Counted from the stretch's first letter, positions 1-9,779 are shown. The stretch is 64,000 nt of DNA from Nibricoccus sp. (GCA_047602425.1 JASGHG010000001.1:1408001-1472000), one strand, 5' to 3'. Numbers and translations are program-made. Notes: a model not told the origin generated them from the letters alone.

Positions 1-1
1 T

Positions 2-1084
2 TCAAATCTCAAATCCGAGATTCCCGCGCCCTTCGGCGTCTCCGCGCTGACTTTCAAAAACAACCTCCTGATCGGCGACACATCCTCCAAAAACGGCCTC
101 GCCGCCAAGGGCGTGATCGTTTCGACACTCGCCGATGCCACCACGCATCACGCCGACCTGCTCAAGGCGCATTTCATGGCGCAGCCGCAGAAGCTCGGCT
201 CGGCGAAATTCGCCGCGCTGCACACTGCCTTCGTCGCCGACGGCGCCTTCGTCTACGTCCCGAAGGGCGTCGAACTTGCCGAACCGATCGTCATCACCCA
301 CGTGGCCAACGGCGCCAATACCGCCGTCTTTCCGCACACGCTCGTCGTGGCCGAGGAAAACTCGAAGGTCACTGTCGTGGACTATTTTGTTTCGACCGAC
401 AATTCCACGCACTTCGCCTGCGGCGCCAACGACCTTTACGCCGCCCATGGCGCGCAACTCACTTACGTCGCCGCCCAGTCCTGGAGCAAAACCACGCTCT
501 CCCTCCAATTTAACTCCACGGTCGCCCGCCGCGACGCCCGCGTTCAATCCCTCAATCTCCACCTCGGCGCCCGCCAGGCCCGCCACGAGTCGCTCTCGCA
601 GCTCCAGGCACCCGGCGCGTTTTCCGAGATGCTCGCGCTCACCGTCGCAACCGGCGCGCAGGAGTTCGACCAGCGCACGCTGCAAATCCACCAGGCGCCG
701 AACACCAAGTCCGATCTCCTCTACAAAAACGCGCTCAACGACACGTCGAAGACCAACTTCTCCGGCTTGATCATTGTCGATCCCGACGCGCAGAAGACCG
801 ATGCCTACCAGAGCAACCGCAATTTGATGCTCAGCGACGACGCCGAGATCAATTCGCTCCCCGGCCTCGAAATTCAGGCCAACGATGTGCGTTGTACTCA
901 TGGAAGCACTACGTCGCGCGTCGAACCCGAACAATTATACTATCTCCAATCGCGCGGCATTCCGCCGAAAACCGCGCACCAGCTCCTCGTCTTCGGTTTC
1001 TTCGAGGAAGTGCTCAACCGTCTGGAAAACGAACCACTCCATACCGCCTTGCGCGGCTTGATCGAGCAGAAGCTGGCCCGCTGA
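2..1084 (+). CDS. sufD: Fe-S cluster assembly protein SufD (5' truncated by window edge)
   Basis: SufB/SufD motifs FSGLIIVDPDAQKTDAYQSNRNLMLS and PGLEIQANDVRCTHGST, YYLQSRGI; frame is open back to position 2. Confidence 0.9.
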   Translation, partial: SNLKSEIPAPFGVSALTFKNNLLIGDTSSKNGLAAKGVIVSTLADATTHHADLLKAHFMAQPQKLGSAKFAALHTAFVADGAFVYVPKGVELAEPIVITHVANGANTAVFPHTLVVAEENSKVTVVDYFVSTDNSTHFACGANDLYAAHGAQLTYVAAQSWSKTTLSLQFNSTVARRDARVQSLNLHLGARQARHESLSQLQAPGAFSEMLALTVATGAQEFDQRTLQIHQAPNTKSDLLYKNALNDTSKTNFSGLIIVDPDAQKTDAYQSNRNLMLSDDAEINSLPGLEIQANDVRCTHGSTTSRVEPEQLYYLQSRGIPPKTAHQLLVFGFFEEVLNRLENEPLHTALRGLIEQKLAR

Positions 1085-1101
1085 TCCCGCGTACAAGTTT
1101 C

Positions 1102-1515
1102 CTTCACAAAACACGCCGCGTTTCCTTCGGAGCGCGGCGTGTTTCTTTTCTAAATTCCACTCGATAAAGCAGCTGCGGACACCTGCCCGGAATTTTAACA
1201 ACTATTTCCGCGGGAACGCTGTTTTTCACTTGCGGACACCTGTCTGTTAAGCTTCTTAGCACACCTCTCGGCGAGTACCCCCGCTTCGGTTTCCACTGAA
1301 GAACTTGTCGAAAGCTCTTAGTTAGTACCCCAACAACACCCCACCCCTTCAAAGCTCCCTGTTGCAAGGCATCGCATGATGGTTTGTGCAAGCGCGCGTG
1401 CGCGTGCGCACATGCAATCCCGTGGGCCGGCGGCAGGAAAAAATTCAGGCATACACCTGCCCTACCCCTTTCCGTATCAACCTAACCCCGGGAAGAAACG
1501 GAACGTTAAAACAAC
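1102..1515 (+). promoter_or_regulatory. Conserved leader/promoter region of pectate lyase cassette copy 1; direct repeat TGCGGACACCTG at 1174 and 1231
   Basis: Non-coding blocks match 9366-9779; 12-mer repeated at 57 bp spacing in both copies. Confidence 0.6.
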
Positions 1516-2181
1516 ATGCAAATGCTAACCCACATACACAGCCGCGTTCGATATGCGGTTCTCACCACGGCCCTCGTCGGCCTTTTCAGCGCTGCGCAAG
1601 CTGCCACTATCACGATCACCACCACGATCAACGTCGCGGCCGGTGCAACCTACGATGGCGGCGGCAACACCATCAAGGCGTCAGGAATGGGCGATGGCGG
1701 CCAAGGCGAAGGCCAGAAGCCGTTCTTCAAGCTCAATGCCGGCTCCACCGTCAAGAATGTCATCCTCGCCGCTCCCGGCGTCGACGGCATTCACTACTAC
1801 GGTAACGGCACGATCAACAACGTGACTTGGCAGGACGTTGGCGAGGACGCTTCGACCATCAAATCGGGCGGCACATGCACGATGAGCAGCAGCAAAGGAT
1901 CGTCGGCCTACGATAAGTTCGGCCAATGCAATGCCGCTGCCACCTGGACGCTCCAGAGCGTCACCGAGACAACTTGCGGCAAGGTCATCCGTCAGAACGG
2001 CGGCACGTCCTACACCTGCAAGTTCTACTACAACACGGTGAAGTCGGACAAGTGCAAGGAGGCGATCGGTCGCACCGATTCGTCCACCACGCGCTTCTAC
2101 TACCGCAGCCTGACTGTGACCAACTTCACAGGCAGCAATGGCTGGTGGTATGGACGCTCGTCCCAAGCATCCACCTACTGA
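1516..2181 (+). CDS. Secreted pectate lyase, family PL3 (copy 1; start may be 1522)
   Basis: Signal peptide ending AQA; GDGGQGEGQKPFFKL, DGIH, WQDVGEDA, AYDK, GKVIRQNGG and RTDSST closely follow the Bacillus Pel-15-type PL3 sequence. Confidence 0.9.
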   Translation: MQMLTHIHSRVRYAVLTTALVGLFSAAQAATITITTTINVAAGATYDGGGNTIKASGMGDGGQGEGQKPFFKLNAGSTVKNVILAAPGVDGIHYYGNGTINNVTWQDVGEDASTIKSGGTCTMSSSKGSSAYDKFGQCNAAATWTLQSVTETTCGKVIRQNGGTSYTCKFYYNTVKSDKCKEAIGRTDSSTTRFYYRSLTVTNFTGSNGWWYGRSSQASTY

Positions 2182-2210
2182 GCTCCCCAAAGCAGCTTAA
2201 GTAGAACCAC

Positions 2211-2238
2211 GACACGCAGGGCTCCGGCCTTGCGTGTC
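2211..2238 (+). terminator. GC-rich stem-loop after lyase gene (stabiliser or attenuator; no clear U-tract)
   Basis: GACACGCAGGGC-TCCG-GCCTTGCGTGTC. Confidence 0.55.
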
Positions 2239-2267
2239 AGTGCCCTTCGGTTCCCAGGAATTTCAAA

Positions 2268-3467
2268 ATGCCCGTTCAATCCACCACCGCCAAAAATTCG
2301 CTTCGCTGGACGACTCTTCAGCTGCTGGCCATTGTGGCGACCAGCGGATTGCTCACTTTTTTTGGCGCCAGAGCGCTGTTCCGCGACGTGGCCTTTCACC
2401 CGTCGTCGGCAAAGTCGGACATCGCTGGCAATTCGACTGGCTTGGCCCATACGAGTCGCAATAACCAGTCCGTAGATTCAATCTCCGGCCACGCCCGCAC
2501 CGACTTTCCCGCCCAATGGACGCAACTCTGCGCGCAAGCGAACACTCCGCAGCGCGACCGCCAACTCGCCGCGTTGATCGAAGAACTCGCCAGGACCGAT
2601 CACAGTCGCGCCTTTTCCCTCGTCGATGCGGAGTCTAATTGGCGGCTTCGTGAGGAATTGCGCGACGCCGCGTTGCGTGGTTGGGCCTCGGCCGATCCCG
2701 ATGCCGCTGGCGACTGGGCGCTTCAGACACGCACCGAAGATCGCGTGCAAGCCGTGTCGGCCGTCCTCGCCGGTGCCGCCGCTCATCCCGAAAGCGCCGT
2801 CAAACTCGCGCTTCGCCTCTGCGCGGCGGACCCTGAGTCCGCAGGCGACTTCGGTCATGCGGCCGTCGCTGCATTATCCGAAAACGGAAACTTCGAATCC
2901 GCTGCCAGGTTTGGCCAGTCCGCCGGCATGGAAAAATATCCCTTTCTCCTCAGATCCGCCTTCTTCCAATGGGCGCGCAACCAGCCCAACAGTGCACTGG
3001 CCGCCGCCCAGCGTATCGAGAATCCCACTACGCGGGAACAAGTCGTCGCCGAGACTCTTGCCGGCTGGGCTTGGGCCGACGCCAAGGCGCTGGCCGAATA
3101 CGCCCGCACGTTGCCCGCCAGTGCCATTCGCGAAAAAGCCTTTGCCGAGGCCCTGCCTCAATGGGTCGAACGGGACCCCGATGCGGCCACAGCATGGATT
3201 AATAAACAGGATGCCGGGCCCGAATTCGACGCGGGCATCGAAACCGTCGCCAATCTCCAATCCATTATCACGGCGCATCCCGATACCGCGATGGCCCTCG
3301 CCGGCAGCATCTCCGATCCCGCCCGTCGCTCTCATGCATTGCGCGCCGTGTTCCGCCAATGGGCCACCAACAACCCCGACGCGGCCCGCGCCTACGTGAA
3401 CAAAGCCGGCGGCACCGCCGACTATGCCTTGCTCATGGACGAATTGAAGGACATGTCGCCGAACTAA
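2268..3467 (+). CDS. Membrane-anchored alpha-helical repeat protein A1, function unknown
   Basis: N-terminal hydrophobic helix; repeated W-x-x-x-D/N-P-x-x-A-x-x-W/Y units; paralog of 3511, 10511 and 11737 ORFs. Confidence 0.8.
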   Translation: MPVQSTTAKNSLRWTTLQLLAIVATSGLLTFFGARALFRDVAFHPSSAKSDIAGNSTGLAHTSRNNQSVDSISGHARTDFPAQWTQLCAQANTPQRDRQLAALIEELARTDHSRAFSLVDAESNWRLREELRDAALRGWASADPDAAGDWALQTRTEDRVQAVSAVLAGAAAHPESAVKLALRLCAADPESAGDFGHAAVAALSENGNFESAARFGQSAGMEKYPFLLRSAFFQWARNQPNSALAAAQRIENPTTREQVVAETLAGWAWADAKALAEYARTLPASAIREKAFAEALPQWVERDPDAATAWINKQDAGPEFDAGIETVANLQSIITAHPDTAMALAGSISDPARRSHALRAVFRQWATNNPDAARAYVNKAGGTADYALLMDELKDMSPN

Positions 3468-3510
3468 ACCGTTCTCCCAATAATTTTTCGCCAGCCCATC
3501 GTTTCCCGCC

Positions 3511-4665
3511 ATGCCAATTTCCCCCAATGTGCCACGCTGGAATACCCTCACTGTTGTCAGCAGCGCGGCATTGTCCGCGCTCCTCACCTTCGGCCTCGCT
3601 TGGCTCACTGCCGGAAATTCCACCGGCAAAACCCAACCAAAAACCGTTTCCGTCGCGTCATTTCAAAGCCGCAAGGTTCAGTCTTCCCAGGAAAACTGGA
3701 GCGATTCCTGGCATCAGCTGCAAAAGCAACCCGCCTGTGCCGTTCGCAATAAAGAGCTCGCTGCGATGCTCGAACAACTCGCCCGCACGGATCCCCAACG
3801 TGCCCTCGCGCTCGCCGAAGCTGAATCCAACTGGATTTTGCGCGACGAACTTCTCGACGCCGCCCTGCGCGGCTGGGGCGCCACCGCCCCCGACGCAGCT
3901 GCGGACTGGGCCATCAACCATCGCCTGGACCAACGCATGCGGTACGTCTCCGCCGTACTTTCCGGAGCCGTCGAACAACCCAGCGAAGCCGTGCGGGTCG
4001 CGCTCCGTGTCTGTAAAGCCGATCCCGGTCCCGCCGCGGATTACGGACATGCCTTGATCAACGCCCTCGTCGACAAGGTTGGCTCGTTCGCCGAGGCCAC
4101 CCGTTTCGCCTCCACCGTTGGCACCGACCGCCAGCAATTCCTGCTCGATTCCGCGTACTATCAATGGGCGAAGTACCAGCCGGAACAAGCGCTCGCCTCG
4201 CTAAACCAAATAACAGATCCAAACATCAAGGCTTCCGCTTACGAGGGCATGCTCGCGGGTTGGGCTGCTGCCGATGCCACCAAACTTGCTTCGCTCGCAC
4301 TGTCGATGCCGCCCGGCGAGGATCGTCTGAAGGCTTTCAACGTTGCCCTGCCCAAATGGATCGAGAAAGACCCGACCGCCGCTACCGAGTGGATCGGCAA
4401 TCAGGATCCCAGCCCCGACCTCAACGCCGGCGTCGCCGCCATCGCCACGCTTCCTTCGATGATCGCGCGGAATCCCCTGCTCTCGTTCGATTGGGCCGAC
4501 AGCATCACCGATTCCGCTCAACGCATCATGACGAAGCACGAAATTTTCACCCAATGGGCCCAAAAAGATTTCCCGGCCGCCGTCGAATATGCGCGCAACG
4601 TGAAAAATCCGGACGAACGCGACATGATGACTGAAGCCCTCGCCGGAATGCGCCAGGGCGGATAG
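3511..4665 (+). CDS. Membrane-anchored alpha-helical repeat protein B1, function unknown
   Basis: N-terminal TM segment; LARTDPQRALALAEAESNWILRDELLDAALRGW block shared with A1, A2 and B2. Confidence 0.8.
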   Translation: MPISPNVPRWNTLTVVSSAALSALLTFGLAWLTAGNSTGKTQPKTVSVASFQSRKVQSSQENWSDSWHQLQKQPACAVRNKELAAMLEQLARTDPQRALALAEAESNWILRDELLDAALRGWGATAPDAAADWAINHRLDQRMRYVSAVLSGAVEQPSEAVRVALRVCKADPGPAADYGHALINALVDKVGSFAEATRFASTVGTDRQQFLLDSAYYQWAKYQPEQALASLNQITDPNIKASAYEGMLAGWAAADATKLASLALSMPPGEDRLKAFNVALPKWIEKDPTAATEWIGNQDPSPDLNAGVAAIATLPSMIARNPLLSFDWADSITDSAQRIMTKHEIFTQWAQKDFPAAVEYARNVKNPDERDMMTEALAGMRQGG

Positions 4666-4684
4666 AACCTCTTTCATTGCCCGT

Positions 4685-6790
4685 ATGCTCGGATCTAAAA
4701 TCACACCGCTCTTTATCGCCCTCGCTTCCCTCTTTCTCGTTGGTTCGTCATTTGCCGGCGATCCGCCGCCAGCCGTTGCGCCCGCACCGGCGACCAGTTC
4801 GCCGTTTCCGCTGCACAAGGCGGTTCAGGATGGCGACGCAGCAGCGGTCCGCTCGCTCCTGCGCACCCGTCCCGAACTAGTCCGCGCCGAGGACCCCGAT
4901 GGCGTCACGCCGCTGCTGGTTGCCGCGATGTTTGGCCGCGTGGAAATCGTGCGCCAACTTCTCGACGCCGGCGCTCCCGTCAATGCGGCGACCCGCGTCG
5001 ATGGCTCCACGCCGCTCTGCGTTGCCGCCTACCACGGTCATATCGAAACCGCGCGCCTGCTGATCGATGCCGGTGCCAAACTCGAAGTCCGCACCACCAA
5101 CAGCAATTCGACCCCGCTGCTCCTCGCCTCCGCCGGTGGCCAGCCTGCGATGATCGCATTTCTCAAGGAACGAGGCGCCAAAGATGACGTACTTGGCGCC
5201 GGCAATCTCAGCCCGCTCGCGACGGCTGCCGTCGAGGGCCAGACCGAAGTGGTCAAAAGCCTCGCGAAACCCGGACAGAATATCGATGCCCGAAACGAAT
5301 TCGGGCAAACGCCTCTCATGCTCGCCGCACGCGAAGGTCGCATGTCCGTGGTGCAAGTTCTCCTCGAACAAGGCGCCGATGTCACCGCCAAGGACCAGGA
5401 AGGCCTGACCGCACTCCACCTCGCCGCGAAGGAGGGCCATCACGACGTCGTCAGCGTCCTCATCGCCAACAAGGCATCCGTGAATGAACGCGATTTACGC
5501 GGGCGCACTCCTTTGTTCCTGGCGGCTTGGTATGGTTATGCGAATGCCGCCCGCGTGCTCTGCGAGCACAATGCCGAACTTAACGCTCGCGATGAAAAAA
5601 ATCGCACCCCGCTCTACATGGCCGCGTCCGACAATTCCGAAGCCGCCGCCTTCGTGCTCCTAGAAAAAGGCGCGTCGGTTGAAGACAAAATCGTCAATGG
5701 CCGCGACACGCTGTGCCCTCTCCGCACCGCCGCCTACGAGGGATATCTCGGAATCCTCAAGGCCCTTGTGGCCAAAGGGGCCGACGTAAACTGCAAACGT
5801 CTCGACGACGGTTTCACTCCGATCATTTTCGCTGCGCAGGGCGGGCATCTCGACGCCATCAAACATCTCGCCTCCAAGGGCGGCCGACTTGAGGAAACCA
5901 CCAAGGATGGACGCACCGCTCTCTGGCTTGCCGCCGAAAACGGCCATCTCGCCATCGTAAAATATTTCGCCGAAAAGAAATTCGATCTCGAAGTCCGCGA
6001 TGGCAACGGTCGCACCCCGCTTTTCGTCGCTGCGGAAATCGGTCATCACGCCGTTGTCCGCTATCTCCTCGAACAGGGCGCTAATCCCGAATCCCTTTCA
6101 AAAGATGGCCGCACCCCTTTGATGGTCGCTGCCAAGGGCGGTCATTTCGAGTGCGTCGACGCGCTCCTCGAAAAAGGCGCCAACATCGCCGTCCGCAGTC
6201 AAAATGGTCTCTCGCCGATTCTCATGGCGAGCGGAGCCGATGGACCGCACTACATTCTACCGCCAGAGGGTTCGTATCAAAACACGTTGAAACTCCTTCT
6301 CGAAAAAGGGGCGAATCTCGATGACCAAACGCCAGCCCACGAGTCCCCGCTTTTTCTCGCCGCGGAATCTGGTCGCCTTGAAATCGTCAAGGCCCTGCTC
6401 GAACTCGGCGTAAAGGTCGACGCCACCGACCTTGAAGGTCGCACCCCGCTTTATGCCGCCGCCCGACGAGGGAAAGCCGCCATTGTCCGTGCACTCCTAG
6501 ACAATGGCGCGAATCCAAATGCCACCATGATGCTGGGCGAATGCCCGCTCTACGTCGCTGCCGAGGCTGGCCACATCGAAGTCGTCAAGGCGCTTCTCGA
6601 TATGGGCGCCCAACATACCCTAACCACGCAACAGGGCATAACTCCCATTCTCATCGCGCACCAAAACGGCTACAAAGCCATCGTGCGCATGCTCGAACGC
6701 CGAGGCGCAAAATTGCCCGCGGCCGCACCCGCAGCGGCCAGCGCCACAACACAACCTTCAACCACCGCCAACACGGCTAAAGGTTCCTGA
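4685..6790 (+). CDS. Exported ankyrin-repeat protein (copy 1)
   Basis: Signal peptide (SSFA); many GxTPLxxAAxxGH ankyrin repeats. Confidence 0.92.
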   Translation: MLGSKITPLFIALASLFLVGSSFAGDPPPAVAPAPATSSPFPLHKAVQDGDAAAVRSLLRTRPELVRAEDPDGVTPLLVAAMFGRVEIVRQLLDAGAPVNAATRVDGSTPLCVAAYHGHIETARLLIDAGAKLEVRTTNSNSTPLLLASAGGQPAMIAFLKERGAKDDVLGAGNLSPLATAAVEGQTEVVKSLAKPGQNIDARNEFGQTPLMLAAREGRMSVVQVLLEQGADVTAKDQEGLTALHLAAKEGHHDVVSVLIANKASVNERDLRGRTPLFLAAWYGYANAARVLCEHNAELNARDEKNRTPLYMAASDNSEAAAFVLLEKGASVEDKIVNGRDTLCPLRTAAYEGYLGILKALVAKGADVNCKRLDDGFTPIIFAAQGGHLDAIKHLASKGGRLEETTKDGRTALWLAAENGHLAIVKYFAEKKFDLEVRDGNGRTPLFVAAEIGHHAVVRYLLEQGANPESLSKDGRTPLMVAAKGGHFECVDALLEKGANIAVRSQNGLSPILMASGADGPHYILPPEGSYQNTLKLLLEKGANLDDQTPAHESPLFLAAESGRLEIVKALLELGVKVDATDLEGRTPLYAAARRGKAAIVRALLDNGANPNATMMLGECPLYVAAEAGHIEVVKALLDMGAQHTLTTQQGITPILIAHQNGYKAIVRMLERRGAKLPAAAPAAASATTQPSTTANTAKGS

Positions 6791-6836
6791 ACTCTCGCGC
6801 CTTGGCCTAAGCTTGCCTGTGCCCGTTGAGGCGGTC

Positions 6837-9185
6837 TCACCGCAAACGTTCGAGGTTCTGTCGCGCCGGAAGATAATCCGGCTTCAACTGAAGTGCCTTC
6901 TCGTAACAATTCCGCGCCTCGTCAGACCGGCCCAACTGCACATAAACGTTGCCGAGTAAATAATGAGCCTTCGGCGAATCCGGTTTTAGCCGCACCGCCT
7001 CGGCCAGATGCGGCAGCGCGGCTCCGGACTTGCCTTGCATCGCGAGCATCGAGCCAAAATTCGTGCGCGACTCGACATGCTCGGGTCGAAGCCGAACCGC
7101 TTCCTCCCCGTAATGCATCGCCTCATCCAGTCGTCGCAGCTTCAGGTATGTGTTGCCCAGGTTGAAACAGACATCAGCCGAACTCGGCATGAGCCGGTAA
7201 GCCGCCTCGTATTGCACGGCCGCGCCGGCCAGATCGCCCTGCGCAGCGAGTGCATTGCCCAGGTTGTTTCGCGCTTCGAAATAGTCCGGCGTCAATCGAA
7301 GTGCCTCGCGAAAACAATCGGCCGCCTCCGCAATCCGCCCTTGTGCCTGTCGCGCGATACCCAGGTTCAAATGCGCCTCGGCAAAAGTCGGCTTGAGTCG
7401 CAACGCCTGTTCATACTCGCGGATCGCCTCGTCAGTTTTGTCCGACGCAAAAAGAACAATTCCGAGATTGCTGTGCGCCTCGGCATTTTCCGGCTTCAAT
7501 CGAATCGCCTCACGACCATGCGCGATCGCTTCCTCAAAACGGCCGGCCACAGGAAGCACAATGCAAAGATTGCTGTGCGCATCCGCATACTCCGGCCTTC
7601 GCTTCGCCGCGCCCTCGATCAGTTTCACGGCTTCCGCCGTCCGCCCCATCGAGTGGAAAAGCATGCCAAGGTTATTCGCCGCTTCCGGATCTTCGGGCTT
7701 GATCCGCAACGCCGCCTCGAAAGCACTCCGCGCCTCCTCCATCTTCCTCTGCGAAAGCAACGCAATACCAAGATTATTGTGCGCATCGAAGTACCCGTCA
7801 TCGAGTTTGAGCGCGGCTTTGTACCGGTCCAATGCCTCATCGGTCCGGCCCGCTTCGAACAGGACCCGCCCATGTGCACAAATGGCACGCGCATTCGATG
7901 GACAGTCGAGCGCCGTCTTGGACCAAAGTGTCAGTTCGTCTTTGAAGAGCGCGTTGCGATTGACGGTCATCACACCAAAAATAACCGCCACCGCCAGACC
8001 GACTGGCCAAACCCATCGGCCTGCCCACCGGTAACCCACCAGCACGAGCAAGAGCAGCACCGGCGCGAGGGGCAGATACATCCGGTGTTCCGCCATCGTC
8101 TGCGTCGCGATCGGCACCACGCTCGAACTCGGTGCCAGAATGATAAAAAACGCCAGCGCCGCCACGCTCCACAACCGCCCTTTCAAAAACCCCGCCACTG
8201 CACCGCAAAACACCGCGATCAAGAACAGCCCCTGCCAGAGCACCGCGCCGGGTTGAGTCACCAGTCCCCGTCCATAGTCGAAGACGAGCGGATTTGGCCA
8301 AACCACCAGCTTGAGGTAAATGACGATTGCCTTGCATTGCGTCAAAAGATACGACCACCAGGAAGCAGTGCCAAAACCCGCCGTCCCGCTTCGCTGATCC
8401 GCCTGCAAAATCAGCCAGCCCTGCAAAAGCCAGCTCGCCAACAAGCCGGCGTAAAGCCAGCGCCGGCGGCGCCATATCTCTGAAAAGCTCGCCGCCATAA
8501 GCGTTCGGTCGATGAGCAAAATCACCAGCGGCGCGGTCGCCGCGACTTCCTTCGTACCCACTCCGAACCAAACCGACGCAACCGCTCCCCACGCCCAAAA
8601 CTTCTCCGTCCGCCCGTTCTCCGCCGCACGCAAAAAGCAATAGACCGCCAGCAAGTAGAACAATGCCATCAAGGCCTCCACTCGCTGTACGATATAGGTG
8701 ACCGATTCCGTCTGCAATGGATGCACCGCCCAAAGCAGTGCGACCAGCCCCGCCAGCGGCGTCGCCGCCTTCCCGAAACAGCCGGCCAGCCTCGGCAGCA
8801 GCAAAATCCGCCGCACACCGCCAAACAGCGCCAGAGCCGCCGCCCCGTGAATCAGCACATTAACCAAGTGATACCCCCATGGCCTCAATTCGCCAAAAGC
8901 GTAGTTGGCCGCAAATGTAACGTTTGCCACCGGACGCCCGCTGACCGTGGTATCGAGTGGTGGGCGCAAAACCGCGCCCGGATTTCGCCACTCGCGCAGG
9001 GTCGGGTTGTTGATGATCGTCGGCCGGTCATCGAAAACCATTACCCCTTGAAAAGAGTTATGGTAAACAGAAGCTACTGCGACGATCAGGCAAAGCGCAA
9101 ACAACCACGTCTGCCAGCAAACGCGCGTGCCTGCTTCGCACGGGTTCACCGCAGACGCACGGGGTGAAATTCCTGCGTCAGACAT
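6837..9185 (-). CDS. TMTC-like GT-C membrane glycosyltransferase with long TPR tail (copy 1)
   Basis: MVFDD loop, HPLQTESVTYIVQR, AEHRMYLP, multiple TM helices, many AHxNLG TPR repeats; start chosen at MSDAG. Confidence 0.8.
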   Translation of the reverse strand: MSDAGISPRASAVNPCEAGTRVCWQTWLFALCLIVAVASVYHNSFQGVMVFDDRPTIINNPTLREWRNPGAVLRPPLDTTVSGRPVANVTFAANYAFGELRPWGYHLVNVLIHGAAALALFGGVRRILLLPRLAGCFGKAATPLAGLVALLWAVHPLQTESVTYIVQRVEALMALFYLLAVYCFLRAAENGRTEKFWAWGAVASVWFGVGTKEVAATAPLVILLIDRTLMAASFSEIWRRRRWLYAGLLASWLLQGWLILQADQRSGTAGFGTASWWSYLLTQCKAIVIYLKLVVWPNPLVFDYGRGLVTQPGAVLWQGLFLIAVFCGAVAGFLKGRLWSVAALAFFIILAPSSSVVPIATQTMAEHRMYLPLAPVLLLLVLVGYRWAGRWVWPVGLAVAVIFGVMTVNRNALFKDELTLWSKTALDCPSNARAICAHGRVLFEAGRTDEALDRYKAALKLDDGYFDAHNNLGIALLSQRKMEEARSAFEAALRIKPEDPEAANNLGMLFHSMGRTAEAVKLIEGAAKRRPEYADAHSNLCIVLPVAGRFEEAIAHGREAIRLKPENAEAHSNLGIVLFASDKTDEAIREYEQALRLKPTFAEAHLNLGIARQAQGRIAEAADCFREALRLTPDYFEARNNLGNALAAQGDLAGAAVQYEAAYRLMPSSADVCFNLGNTYLKLRRLDEAMHYGEEAVRLRPEHVESRTNFGSMLAMQGKSGAALPHLAEAVRLKPDSPKAHYLLGNVYVQLGRSDEARNCYEKALQLKPDYLPARQNLERLR

Positions 9186-9365
9186 TGGGGTATTGGGGTG
9201 ACTAAGAGCACAGCGAAACGGCTGCCCGGAGCAAAACAAAATGACACCGATCGTCTTCCGTTTTTCCCGCGCCGGATTCAATTTTCGCCACAACTTAAAC
9301 CACTCATTACCGCCAACTCCATTTTTTCCAACGCCAGCCGCCGCGCTGGCCGAAGCACACGCACG

Positions 9366-9779
9366 CTTCACAAAACACGCGTCGTTTTCCTGCAAAAGAG
9401 AGGCCCGTTCTTACATAAATCTCGCTCTGAAAAGCAACTGCGGACACCTGCCCGAAATTTTAACAACTATTTCCGCACGAACGTTGTTTTTCACTTGCGG
9501 ACACCTGTCATCTGGGCTTCTTACCCAGTCCTTCCGACGAATACCCCCGTTTCAGCCACCCACTGAAAATTTGTCGAAAGTCTTAGTTACAACCCCAACC
9601 CCACCCAACCCACCTACTGTTGTTAAGCATGCTTTTTCGTGCGCACCTCTGTCGAGTGTGCCTGCGTTTAGCCTGTTCGACAACGGCCGGATGTTCTTGG
9701 TCTGAGCTCCCACACCCCTCTCCGTAAAATCCTAACCCCAGGACTAACGGAATATCAGACCCAAAACATAACAAGGAAA
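9366..9779 (+). promoter_or_regulatory. Conserved leader/promoter region of cassette copy 2; TGCGGACACCTG at 9439 and 9496
   Basis: Matches 1102-1515 in several blocks. Confidence 0.6.

Noticed and set aside
1516..2181. HrpW-like type III harpin
   Set aside because: Has a Sec-type signal peptide, lacks the Gly-rich harpin domain, retains PL3 catalytic-type Lys/Arg motifs, and no T3SS genes are seen
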